A stretch of 34,990 nucleotides of DNA from positions 1 through 34,990 of the forward strand of contig CAJVPI010000331.1 in assembly GCA_910592345.1 (NCBI GenBank), given 5' to 3'. This stretch comes from Paraglomus brasilianum. Taxonomy: Eukaryota. Every line of letters begins with the position of its first letter. Position 1 is the first letter of the stretch. This document shows, in pieces, positions 22,730 through 34,990 of the stretch. The translations under genes and the position numbers were made by a program. The notes under the pieces were generated by a model that was given only the letters and a program-made list of their open reading frames with translations, ran no database searches and was not told where the DNA came from.

Positions 22730-22895
22730 GTGAGTCGTAGCTTTCCGTCAATATTATTTTTTAGCGTGAAAATTTGTAATCACCATTCAATGGTGGATAC
22801 TGTTGCTCCATTACCCGTATAATGCAGCCCATTCAACTGCTATTTTCTATAATGTTCATCAAACCCGACTCCATTCTCTAGGTAAAACCCGAGAC

Positions 22896-23525
22896 ATGCC
22901 ACACTCATTCGGTCTCCGCGCGCGCACGCGCCACATGTTCTCTCGGAATTTCCGTGAGCGTGGGCCGATAAAGCTTTCCACATATCTCAAAACCTACAAA
23001 GTCGGCGATATCGTTGACATCAAAGCCAACGGTGCCGTACAAAAAGGCATGCCTCACAAATTCTATCATGGCCGTACCGGTATCGTCTACAACGTCACCA
23101 AATCGGCTGTTGGTGTGATTGTCCATAAGATAGTCGGGAACAGATATCTTGAGAAGAGGGTTAACGTGAGGATCGAACACGTTAAGCACTCAAAGTGTAG
23201 AGATGACTTTTTGAGAAGAGTAAAGGAGAATGCAATAAAAAAAAAGGAAGCCAGAGCGAAAAATGGTTAGTTGAAAAGGGAGGAATTATGGATTATTGCG
23301 TGAGGGACATGATTGGGTTTTGCCCGATCCTTTTATAGGTGATCGTGATCTGGTTTATATTATATGGTCAAGCCATTGATGTTAATCGATCTTTCTTTTA
23401 ACAAAATCACAGAAAAAGTAAATCTCAAAAGACAACCGGCGAAGCCTCGTGAGGCACATTTTGTCTCTACGAAAAAGAATATCCCCATTACAGTCACACC
23501 AATTCCGCATGATACTGTCTTTTAA
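22896..23525 (+). CDS. RPL21: 60S ribosomal protein L21 (eL21); exons 22896-23265, 23413-23525 (160 aa); probable 5'UTR intron 22730-22881
   Basis: [20 protein letters not shown]...[29 protein letters not shown]...[11 protein letters not shown]...[12 protein letters not shown]. Confidence 0.97.
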
Positions 23526-23747
23526 TTATTCTATACGAATCGGCGTGTATTGCTGGTTATATAAAATGCATTAATTATGTGACTCATGATGGAATTTATT
23601 GTCAGAGTACATTGAGCGTAAGAGAGGTTATTGTCTGCAAACAACGAGGATTACGTGGCATTTATTGATTGAAAATACATATGCGCTAAGGATTAAATAA
23701 TTACAAAAAAGCCATGTTCTATATTGTTAGCGCCACTTCCAGATATA

Positions 23748-24752
23748 TTATCTTGAATCTATTTGAGTACCGAGTATGTACATCTCCATAGTTGGGTGGC
23801 ATTGCATTTGTTCTAGATGATAGCCGAGCTTGTCCATTACTGTTAATATGCTTGCGATGCTAAAGTTTCCCAGCCTGATAACTCCGACGGATTGCACAAT
23901 CAACTCGCTTTGACACAAGCTAGCTCTCACTTCGAATTGAGCTTTGTCAGTGAAAGCATGATCGCCAGGCAACATGTTGCGCCTTAACCAGTCTTTAAGC
24001 TCTCGAAGTAGTTCATCGGGACCGTCAATGCTTAGGATATCGTCTTGTCTTGCAGTAAAACGGTTCAAACGAATGATGGCATACTGTTTTTGGCTTTTCT
24101 GCGTCGAAACTGCCTTTGGAAGAATGTTTTGACGGTTCTCTATAGTTATATAGAAGATGTAGATGACAGATCATAAGGTTTACAACGAATACCAAGTAGT
24201 CTAAATACAATTCATATCGTACCTGGCTCAGGAGTTGTTACTTTAAGTCCAAGACTTTGTTCAATATTACTAGCCACCTTATCAACATCGTCTCCAAAGT
24301 TTTGTAATGTTGTCCTTAAATACATTATTCCATTCTCAAATACGGTCGTCGGATCTCTTCCTTCTACACTCTCTACAATTTCAAAAATAATCTTCTTTTC
24401 GTACGTCGCCCCAATTAGCTCGTCTCCAAGTTCAGCATTTCTTGCGGTTGCGGAATCGATGGATGATGCGGCACTAGCAAAGTAACGCATTACATTGCGT
24501 ACCATCTCAGAACCCTTGTATTTTTCTTTTTGCTTAGCATTGACTTCCTGCCAATTGACGATTAATTCGTATTGATCAAGTAATGTATCTTCAAATTTCT
24601 TGGCTAAAGTCTTGTATTCTTTCTCGAACAAGTCACGGACTGCAACGCGGACACCCAACGGTCTATAAACATGAATAATATATTATAGATTCCAATCTAT
24701 CATTTCAACAGTAGATATCAATGTTGAAGGTAATAACTTACAGGTTAGCCAT
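23748..24752 (-). CDS. Uncharacterised two-domain protein; exons 24752-24742, 24662-24223, 24139-23748 (280 aa)
   Basis: Canonical introns (gtaagt...tatag; gtacga...tatag) join three frames in phase and the sequence looks globular. No confident family assignment. Confidence 0.75.
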
Positions 24753-26057
24753 TGTTAAAGCTAAAATAAAGTAGTAGAAGAAAGTTGGAGGCGAACGTTT
24801 TAACCATCGTATTACGCGAATACTACCAAAGCACAAATTCGCTCAGTATTAAGTGCTACAGAATGATACTATTTAATTGGTCGACTATTATCAGTGTTAC
24901 TACTGTGTCCATAAACGCTTGATGGTCACGTTATCCAACGTTTATTACTACGAGCCGAGGCATGAGAACGTCAAGCTGTAATAATTCGCATAAAGGCTGA
25001 TGAGACAACAACTTTTCTGTTTGAATAACAAGATTGCAAGCTACGCGTAGAGTTTAAATTAATGACATTGTGGTTTTGCACTTTAACTTGTGAATTTAAA
25101 TATAAATGCCTAATTATCCAAACATTGATATTGTCTAGTACTAGTGACTGCAACCTCGTATGAAGTTGGTTCCATGCATTAGTTGCAAAGATCGGGTTGC
25201 TTTCCGATAATAAAGAAATTGGTGAGCACAGTCTTTTGATTGTATTTTCAAAATCCAAATTAAATCCGAAATAACCGGACTAATATGACGCACGGTTTAT
25301 ACGAAAAACTGTCCGAGACTGCAGAATTATGCAGACATGTGTAAACCGTACGTTAATCGAATCTTGGCAGTTACTTTATGTAGTTCCTTAATTTTGTTAA
25401 ATCGCCAAGAATTGTAGTACTAATATTAATGATGTGCTATATTTGTATATTCGTTACTTAACACAACAGATAGGAAAAAAATTTAATCATTGATTATTCA
25501 ATAACAATACCGGATAACATGCCTCCTAAAAAGTTTACTTTATTAGAATTTTCCGGTGAATACTTTTCGAGAAGGCTAAATCACTAAATGATAGAAATGC
25601 CAAAAATACCTTTAGCGGTTATCCGAGGTAAAGACGCACATTTCTCGAAAAGGATGGATGTTGATTTATTTTCTAAATAAAGAAATGATCGAATATCTAC
25701 TCTCTTAATAGGCACACGTGAGCAATTTACGTTTATTTCACCCAACTATTAGACGAGTCGTACGATGATAAGGAATGCTAATACGATAACATAACGTTAG
25801 GATTGTACTTTGACCATTTAATCTCATAAAGCTTCTTAGATTTGATAACCTTTCAAAATAGCTGATTAAATCGGTTATAATCATACATTTTGCTACAAGT
25901 TTAGGAAATACCAATTTTTGTAGCGATACAACCATTGACGAGTTGGCGACTTCTTGGCAGCATAAATAGGAAGTTAATTCATATTGGATTCATGCAAACA
26001 TTAGGAGAATGAAAAGTAACATAAACAGAATTGAGAAAACCACCCGTTGCCTCTACC

Positions 26058-26131
26058 TCTAATAAATGAACCAACAACCAAGAATCTTGGGGCTGCTTCT
26101 AATAAATGAACTAAACAACCAAAAGCTTGGG
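26058..26131. repeat. ~40-bp imperfect direct repeat (2 copies)
   Basis: TCTAATAAATGAAC-AACAACCAA...CTTGGG at 26058 and 26098. Confidence 0.8.
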
Positions 26132-26339
26132 AGTTTGTGTGATCGCTTGGAAGTCTTCTATTATTCACAAGCGCCTTTTCTAGTCAAGAAAACATTAAGT
26201 ATTACTTTTCATGCATTTTCTTCTCTTTTCAAATAAACAATCGTCGATAAGCCGGGGTCCCGCAAAAGATACGGGATTCTTGGCATGACTGATAATCGAC
26301 ATGATCTAAACATCGATCGTGTTTGTGTTCTAGAAACAG

Positions 26340-26500
26340 GTTAATTGTTTGGAATTATGGAAAAAAAGAGGCTATAAACATTTACAAAAGAATGGTATGC
26401 GATGGCATCATTGTTGCATAATATATCGCTAATGACATGGAATAGATTGTAGAAAAAATAGGTAAACTTTTACGTGAAGCAAGTCTAGAATTAGAAATAT
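26340..26500 (+). pseudogene. Possible decayed fragment of a Crinkler-like expanded-family gene
   Basis: Broken frames LFGIM..., KEWY..., DME*IVEKIGKLLREA loosely resemble the VFGI..KEWYF...VEKVLGHIVWLLEEA C-terminus I recall from Glomeromycotina CRN-like proteins. Confidence 0.25.
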
Positions 26501-29500
26501 AGCATGTTGCGACAGGTGTCGTATGTGGCAAATGTAAAAAGGTCGACATTCCAAGATGGTTTGTTACAATTACTTATGATTAGTTACCCGTCGTTCTTGT
26601 TCATTTGCAAGTCGCCCCCTGGTACGGAAATTCTGCAACATTCGTAATGCTTTCCATATTCGACAAAGACGGAAGAAACCTCGTGGTTGTGATAGGATTA
26701 GTTTTTTGTCATGCGAAGTGGTTGTTTGAAACGCCAATAGGTTTTAAGCGTTTGAAAACCCCCTCCTCTCCCACACCGCATGGTTACTTGTAAATTCGAA
26801 ATGTGCGTATCCCACTGGACATATTTGACATGTGCAGATTCATCTTGCGTAAGCACAGTAAACATGTAAACAATTATTAATATCATTTACAACGTATTTT
26901 TTTACACTCGTGACGATGATATTTCGACGATTAGGGATGTAGAATTGAGGCTACGCAGTCAACGTAATCAAACCTTTCTCCAAGCAACTTCCATACATAG
27001 AAGGTCTATTCTTAGATGACCTGCATGCAAAAGGTACAAATATTATTCGATTGTAGTACCTTGCACACAACGATCTAAGGAAACACGAAGATACCATAAA
27101 TTCAAATTAAAAATTAAAAATAGCGTGCAGCATACAATTACTGCGCATCAATTTTAGCAGCAAAAACTACCTTCTTTTTGTTCTCCTCTCAAGCAACAGT
27201 TCCCCATTTCTTCTCCATTCGAATCTTTTTTCTTTCTTTCTGTCGTTCTTTCTTTTTTTTTACAATTGGAACCGTCTATCGAATTGTGTTCGTTTCTATC
27301 TCCATCTGAGTAGCACATAACTACTGTTTTACACCGTTATGCGGACCATGGTTTGTGGTAGGTACATGATTTCCAATCATGCCATTTATATCCATCCCAG
27401 TCGTTGTTTGGCTGTTTGGTCAGTCTGCAGAAACAATGCATGATCAACGTTGTTCTTTCTGTTCTTGTCTTTGTTCCAGTGAAAAGAAAGGAAAAAGAAA
27501 ATATAAAGTATGCCGCACGAGAACGGATGTGTGCATCAATTGCTTTTAGGTCGGTCAGTCCATGTTTTGTAGTATCAATTCTAAATTTGATCAGACAAGA
27601 TATTTAATACGTTTATTTAGATCGTTACATTTCTGTTATCTCTATTTGTTATTCCGAGATGTTGTGAAACTTGGCATCCCCGATAGGATGTCCGCACATG
27701 TCATTGGTAGATTACCTATTTTATTAGCTTGTCAATTAACTAATCGAATGAATTTATTGACTATTGGTTTTTTGAATCCGCTATTCTTAAAATGTCTAGC
27801 GTCTTTCTCCTCATTACATAACTTGGGGGGAAAAAAGTGTTTATTTTGCAGCAGAAAACGTTTTTCCCGCAACTCTCATACGTACATACGTCCTTCCATT
27901 CTAATCGTCCGAATCAATGCCTGCAGAAAGCTAAGCACGGTATTAAAAATAGGTGCACTATCATCAGTCAAGCGACTAATCGCAGTGGATATGTTTCAGA
28001 CTTAATCCACTGTATACATCCACAGAGTGTTTGATTTAGTATCCTCGCATCACCAGAGCACTATACGTATTTCGCTAGGCCGTACAGTCAACGTAGTTTG
28101 GTAAGCCAATCAGCAAAGATCGACTCTGTCAATGCATTATTCGAAATACCAACAGGTTCTCGAACGAAATGTAAACAATCAATCTGACCACATTGTTTCG
28201 AATTTTCAATGAAACCATTCTCTCAAAGACGTCGGGTCTTACGTTACTAATAAAACAGAGGTGTGACTTCAGCATCGACAAGCCTGCGCAGAAGAGAAAG
28301 AATCACAATTGAAGCTCTGGATTTCCCTAATTGGGATAACCAGGTGCAAAGAAAAACAAGCATTGAGACACAAAAAGAAAAGCGAGCGATTAAAAACGTT
28401 CCTACAATCCGGAAGAGGCTAGGTTGGGTTCTCTTTTGTGCGAAACAGCATCTGAATTAACATCTTAGCCGACATATGACGTTATCGGTATTAGAACATT
28501 CTTTTGCTCGAGGAATATTAATGTAGCACTCACGGTAAACTGTGTTGCAGGCTTCAGCTTTTGTGAAATAAATATGTTCACTCGGTCTAATGGGCCAGTG
28601 ATAAGAGACGGGTGATAAGATTGTTGTTTCCGTAAGAAAGAAAGATCATCCAGAACAAAGAATTCAATTTGGCATAAACTGTACTTGGTACTATTCAATG
28701 AGACTATTCCAGACGAATTAGGAATATTTTAAGCTTTAATGCATATTTGCAAAACATCAAAGGTCAATTCCAAAAAACGAAATCCACAATTCCATATTGA
28801 ACCATTTCGATGCCTCATATGGTAAAGGCGTAGGGTAGTGCAACGGCGCATCGAATTGACGCCGCCCGAAGAAATTTTTAAGGCAAATAAGCTTGTCCAA
28901 ATTATAAATAATAAACAATAAACTTGTTTCATGTTAACATATTTTAAAATACACATCTTGTTAACAACTCATATGCGCGTTTTAAATGTACATGTTTAAA
29001 ACGATTTCTGCAGCTCATGTATTCCAGGTTGCTTCACCAATACATACGTCGATAACGTCTGTTACATTGTTCGAATATAACACAAGCCGATAAGCTGCAA
29101 CAGAAGAAACCTCTACAGCCTGGGTTGTTGGATCGCATTGAATTGTCTTCGTCTACAATCCAACATGTGAACAATCCTTTTACTAATGAGTAAATGATCT
29201 TCAAAACATTCTTGCTGCAGTTTATGGTGTATACAAAAAGAAGGGTTTAACTATTACCGGAATGAGGAATATGCATATAATGTAAAAAAATAATACGGGT
29301 TTATTGCGCAAATAAACAAATAAAAGAAAATCATCAAAATTATGTAGTTTATTGAGTGCACAACACTCTTCCATGTTTCTATTTTATCTTCTGTTACGAA
29401 AATCGGCAATTTACGGCCAAGCCAAGTTTATCCGATGATAAATAAATTACTGCTACTCTTTTTGTTTTCTCAGCCCTTTGGCTTCTGGTCGTCAAATATC

Positions 29501-30135
29501 AAATTAAAACAGATCGCACCATCGTGCCTGTCCTTTCTACTTGGTCTCTGTCAGATACAACACCTGAATTACAAAGTCTCATCCACAAAATGCCGTAACC
29601 GCCTGGAAGATTATCTTACTTTGTCCAATAATCGTAATCGGGCAACTAAGTGTCACACTGTAACAAACTCTTCTCCTTCCATTAATAATCTTATTTCTTT
29701 TATTATTATTCTTTCTTTATGTCTGCTATTTTATCTGCAGCACACACTTGAAAACCATTAATCATTTTCAATTACTCATTTAGTGCTACTTCTACGTCGA
29801 CGTCACCTTATGGAAGCCGACCATAATAATAACACAAATCCTGCCCTTCTCCTGCAACACTTTCCGTCCATCATGAGCGGATATATATATAAAGAGTCGA
29901 TTTGGGAATTGTTGTCTGTATCAACATTTCTTTCTGAATTTTGAGAAATTTACAAATACATAACATATATCTGACATTTTTGAACATTAAGAGCATACAG
30001 AATAATAATAAATAATAATAAACAACTTAATTATATCGATAATTAATCTAAGAAGGCGACTTTACTGTCTTAATACGCTGCATCCAAATCACTAAGATAC
30101 TCGAGTCCTAATATTAATATTAATTCGAGAAGTCA

Positions 30136-31364
30136 ATGACTTCCCAATCGGCATCTTCACAGCAATCTTCTCCCTCCAGCGTCACTTTCGACTGCAAATG
30201 GAGCCGGTGTTCGCTCGCCTATGGTTCTCTCGATGACCTTATAGTCCATATCCACGAAGGTATTATTGATATTGTCATTAGGTTATATAATCTATTGTAT
30301 ACTGTACATACATCGAATGATGTGCATATTAGTACAGGTGTGACCAATTTCACCTACCATGTAAGGTTACTAAGTCTGAGTTGGGTTTATTTTTTTCTAG
30401 TACACGTTGGCAAGAAAAAGTCGAAATATATCTGCGAGTGGGCAAACTGTCCAAGAATCGGACAGAACCAAAAGTCTCGGTTTGCTCTTGTTACTCATTT
30501 GAGAAGCCATACGGGCGAGAAGCCATTTGCTTGTGATTTCGAAGGTAGGCGTGTGAATGCTGTAGGCATTGTTACGACCAAATTTAGGCGTTTGAAATAG
30601 TTTGGAAGTGGAAACAAAAAAAAACACACACAAAAACGAGCAATGAGGAACAGGGAAATTGAGGGAGAAGAAAGGATCAGACAAAGAAGTAGGGAGAAGG
30701 AAAGTGATCCGCTGTCTCAGATCGTCTTTTATATATACAAAATTGTCTTTTTCTCACTTGCATGCAGGTTGCGAAAAAACTTTTACACGGCCAGATTCAC
30801 TAAGAAAGGTAAAATACCATCCTTTCTATTTGCTACACGACGAGACATTCTCCGTATTGATCCTTTTTACCTTTCCCCCAAAAAAAGCACATACGATCGC
30901 AGCACGGAAACAATCAATCTCAAATGGCCGAATCACCCAGACATACTATATCATCCAAGAAACGCAAGCCTCGCTCACCCTCTTCTTCACTGTCTGAAGA
31001 ATCTTCACATTCCTCTCGAGCATACCGTAACTCGACACACGCTCAAACTCACATAAATCGCAGCAATCCGTCCTCTCGTCTGCCTACACTACCTAATCAC
31101 AGCGATAATGTATACAATCCCCATCGTACTTATACTTCCTCATCGAACACAACATCACCGAACGAGAGTGAAGACGAAAGCGATACACAAGGGACAACAT
31201 ACTATGAGAAATATTTACTATTGAAGGCGAAGAGCAAGTATATTAGACGGGAGAATGAAATACTTGTGGACGAGTATCAAAACGTAAAAGTTAGATTGAA
31301 GAGACTGAAAACGGAAAAGGACATTTTGTTGGATGCCGTTATTGCTGCTTCAGGAGATGAATAG
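30136..31364 (+). CDS. iec1: GLI-type C2H2 zinc-finger protein with C-terminal coiled coil, Iec1-like INO80 subunit; exons 30136-30259, 30401-30544, 30768-30808, 30888-31364 (261 aa)
   Basis: [82 protein letters not shown] closely parallels S. pombe Iec1. INO80E-like coiled coil KYLLLKAK...RLKTEKDILLDAVI. TATA-like ATATATAAAG near 29885. Confidence 0.8.
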
Positions 31365-33202
31365 AAATCAAAAGAACAAAATAGATATAGGAGGAGTTAT
31401 TTGGATAGCAACGTTTGAAGATAATTGATGCAGTTCGAACATGGGCGAGGAGAGTATGAAGAATACATAAGGCTGTGTTTCCAACTAATATAATTTTATT
31501 TTCTTTTTACTTTTTCTTTTTCTTTTTCTTTTTTTTTTTTGAGTTTGCTTTGCTCCTCTTTTACCTCGACGGGGGCTTGATTGATGATGGTTTTTGTCTT
31601 TTAATAAGCCAGGAATGTAAACTCTGATATGGATTTTTATGACTCCTCCTCAATGTACATAAACAAGTTATATTTCATTAACTGATGTATGCGTAATGTA
31701 ATTAAAATTAGTGATAAGCGTATAATGGATTCGCGCGATTCCGATTGTATTATATAAGAAATTGTTCAATTCTCAACAGAATAAAGCTGAAGATTAATTT
31801 GATCTATCAACGATACCAAAATTTCCGATACTGGCAAAGGTAATGTATTAGTATTCTGAAGCTTATGCGTATTGTTTAAAAGTTGGTACAGACACCAATC
31901 TTCTGTCTAAAGACTTTCATACAAAGCGTAAGCTTACAGCTTTTTTTCTTTTGACAATGCCACACATTGGGATGCAATTGAATAATAGAATGGAATGGGC
32001 AAAAAAGCTCTTCCTAATGTGTTCCGATAACTTATCCGAATTAGATGAACAGGAGAGCAATCATTTTTCGTCATCACCCTCTTTATCGTCAAAGGAAGCT
32101 CGTTTTCGATCGAACTTTTGTTGCAATATAATAATAGTAAGTGTTATTTATTTCACTGTACAAAGATAATCGTATATTAAGATTGGATAATATTATGATA
32201 TCTTGCTCCAAGAACTTTCTCAAATATCAGCTCGTTGGGCACATTAACCTAGAAGAATTACGAACCGTATCACTTATAAATACTACCGATTTTCCTCATA
32301 TTCAAACCCCTTCCTGATAGCAATATCATCAACAAAATAAGAGACCATCGTCTCGTTCCTCTTCATATTGGCCCCCTTTGCACAAACACACATGCAAAAC
32401 GCTCAATACACAATACAAGGCCATCCTTTCGTATATAATGATATACGTCCACATTCATACGGCATCACTCAGAGTCTCCACTTTCTCTCATCGTGGTTCA
32501 GGAAACACAACACCATGGAAGGTTTTACCACATTTCGTACAAACTGTTTTTTTCTTTGAGTAGCCACAGAAACGCGGTAAGCCTAAACAGAAAGCCCAAA
32601 ACAAGGTACCACTCGTGCTGAGCCCAGTGTTTGTAATTATGTGGTCAACGAAAGGTAGATGTTATGATAGTTTCAAATGGATGCAGGCACGTATGTAACT
32701 CTAGATGACTTACTAGTGAGACCTCAATTCGTGGAATCCTCCTTTATCGCACCAGCCAAGGTGTGTTGCTATCCGATGTTGCTCGTTTATAGCAGGGTCT
32801 ATTGAGAGGGAACAGGAACAACAACTATTAGCATCGAGTTCATGTCATATTCCTTCAGAAGAGTGTAAAGAGCGTACCTCCGTGTGGTTTGTACGAGTTC
32901 TCAGTCCCTGGATATCTCGACATTTGAAAGCAATACTGTATATGCCACTTGTAACGAAAAAGTAGTTGGGAGATGTTCGATATTGCACTTTCAGTTACAC
33001 CTATTCTTATTCTTGTGATGTCTGCTGATTTTCGGCTTGTGGCTCAATACTGTACTGTGATGTCATTATATGTTAAACTGACTTTTTCACACTAACCCTA
33101 ATACAACTAATAACCCTTGGAATTATAAATATACTCACGAGCAACACTCGGACCAAAAACTCTTCTTTATCCAAAAAATATCTAAAATAACACAATTGTA
33201 CA

Positions 33203-33510
33203 ATGGAAAATCTTTATTGTGACGAAAGTGGGGAAGTCAAAGAGATTCATGATGAGACCGTGATCGCGACCGTCGTTAAAACATCCAAAGAAGGAACTGT
33301 CAATAAGACTCAGGAACAGACGCAGCAAACATTAAGCGAAGATGAAAAACGGAAGAAAGTCGAAGAAAAGTCATTCGATGGTTGGTTTTATTAAACGTAT
33401 CTTTTTGATTGCATTTATTACAGAGATTAAATAATTCTTATTATTATTCAGCCGAGTCTGCGAAAAAGTTGGAAACATGTAAAGAAATCGCGAGTGGTTA
33501 TTGTGAATGA
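33203..33510 (+). CDS. Small hydrophilic orphan protein; exons 33203-33380, 33452-33510 (78 aa)
   Basis: ACAATGG start context, 71-nt GT-AG intron (gttggt...attcag) that keeps frame, E/K/T-rich coding-like composition in AT-rich surroundings. Confidence 0.55.
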
Positions 33511-34990
33511 GATGTTTTCATCTTAACTGGCGTCGAAAGTATTAGGATGTTATATTGTATGCTAAATGAAGAAGAATCGAATATTAACACATAAACACAC
33601 AGAGTTGCCAATATAGTAACAATAAGAACAAGCGCACATGAGGATTAACATTTTACGATCTACGTTTAGGACATTGCATGATTGTCAAAGTTCTCTAGCA
33701 GGTAGATTTAATTCAAAAGCTATAATTATTATACGTGATCTCTATGATATTGTCGATAAGCATTATTGTCTATTATGAAATCAAATTTATTGGTTTCCGT
33801 TCAAGTTCTCAAGAGAACATTCACGCCGAATTAGACTAGAGATTGGGATACTGTCCTTCTCTGTCAAACTCATAAATATATTGGCATTCAGAGATGCTAG
33901 GGTTCTTTCCGTTTTCTGTAATTGTATCATTATTTCATAAGAAATTTCTTACTAGCTTTAACGCACTCCTCGAGCTCTGTCTGATAGACTGTTGACATAC
34001 CATTAAAATTGAATGGATCTGCATTTGTTTACTTGGCATCTTCACATGTCTTCTAATAGAAATAGGTATGAAGATGTTGCACCACGTGAACTTCTGGTTT
34101 TAATAACTCTTGAACAAGTTTGATTATGCTCAAACGGTCATACCGGTTTTAAACGTTGATAATTCTATTAAGATCATTATGCCTATTACTATCAGATCTT
34201 ACAATATAGCTTTTTTTTCCTGGGCATGTTTAATAATTTTATGTAATTATATTTGATTTGAACCACTCCCAGTTAATACAATATTACAGAATAGGCAAAT
34301 AGACAAGATAGATCAGTAAGACTTTACAACTAGATTCTTGAATCTCTTTTAGATTCGTAAACCGCGTATGGTAATAGGACATATGCATGTCAACTTTTAT
34401 TGCTGTCCTAATGTATGAATATTATCAAGTCTGTAATTTGTCATCATTATACTCTGAAACATGAGTTCATGATTCATATATGCTTTGGGCTTTTCTAAAA
34501 TTCCATTGTCCGTATACTAATACACAGTGTAAGTTATAAAGCCAATTGAGTGCTTTTTATCATTAGATGTTGGCAATCATTATAACTATAAAGTTATGTC
34601 CGATGAAATAGGTTACAATGTGAAAACATATGAAAAATATGTATAACATATATCAGACACGGACATGTCTTTTTTAAAATTAGAACTTTATTAGACACGA
34701 GACCTGTCCCTTGGAGTGATTTTCATAGTAAAATTACACAAACCCAATTGTTTGTTTTGACGTTGACATGCTTTGCCCCTTGGTAGTTACATAGAGAATT
34801 AATCAATGATTTATCCGCATTCCCTTTATCGACACAACACGTTCCGGGAAACATTCATCTGCACAAATGACTTACAGTAGGATGCAAAAGTTCCCCCCAC
34901 TTCTAATTCGAGACACGAATGAGTAAACGCTTTGAAAGTTTCCCTCTATATCAATAGTGTATAATAAACCCTGATCACTTGTAAAATTTC

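Noticed and set aside
22803..22895. N-terminal extension of RPL21 in the ORF track
   Set aside because: Non-ATG start inside the probable 5'UTR intron; the conserved protein starts MPHS at 22896.
23296..23390. Possible C/D snoRNA in the RPL21 coding intron (ATGATTG...TTGA, ACAT/ATGT stem, small hairpins)
   Set aside because: Both boxes are non-canonical and I could not identify an rRNA-complementary guide; an Infernal/snoscan run would settle it.
27339..28034. Cluster of short plus-strand ORFs after a pyrimidine-rich tract
   Set aside because: No consistent exon chain or recognisable protein; could be a lncRNA or decayed gene but unsupported.
31810..32170. hAT/MULE-like words (KFPILAK, FKSWY, GMQLNNRME)
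   Set aside because: Isolated short motifs pointing to different families; not enough to assign an element.
32440..32520. U3-like words on the minus strand (AACCACGATGA...GAGTGA)
   Set aside because: No box A/A' sequence and no terminal C/D arrangement.
33092..33101. Telomerase RNA template candidate CTAACCCTAA
   Set aside because: No visible pseudoknot or structured GC-rich context; directly followed by a probable protein-coding gene.

Overview
Eukaryotic, intron-rich, AT-rich genomic DNA. Gene content, short GT-AG introns, a U12-type intron and many decayed transposons suggest an early-diverging fungus, probably Mucoromycota/Glomeromycotina-like (inference). Genes reconstructed by hand: a 5'-truncated acidic tandem-repeat protein apparently spliced onto a C-terminal Pkr1-like membrane domain; a small single-RRM protein with a mitochondrial-presequence-like N-terminus; dymeclin (17 exons, one U12-type intron); LSM14/Scd6, whose intron 2 hosts a box C/D snoRNA predicted to guide 18S Am420; intronless mitochondrial DNA polymerase gamma; head-to-head RPS9 and RPL21; an uncharacterised two-domain gene; an Iec1-like zinc-finger INO80 subunit; and a small orphan gene. 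Intergenic DNA holds a dead Tc1-type transposon, pogo-like fragments, a palindromic element and a microsatellite. The most striking unexplained feature is the 465-nt first intron of RPS9. It folds into a large multi-branch RNA structure whose stems cover both a cryptic 3' splice site followed at once by a stop codon and a perfect minor-spliceosome 5' splice site (GTATCCTTT). This makes it a candidate structure-gated, U11/U12-linked poison-exon switch. All calls come from manual reading; no searches or folding programs were run.
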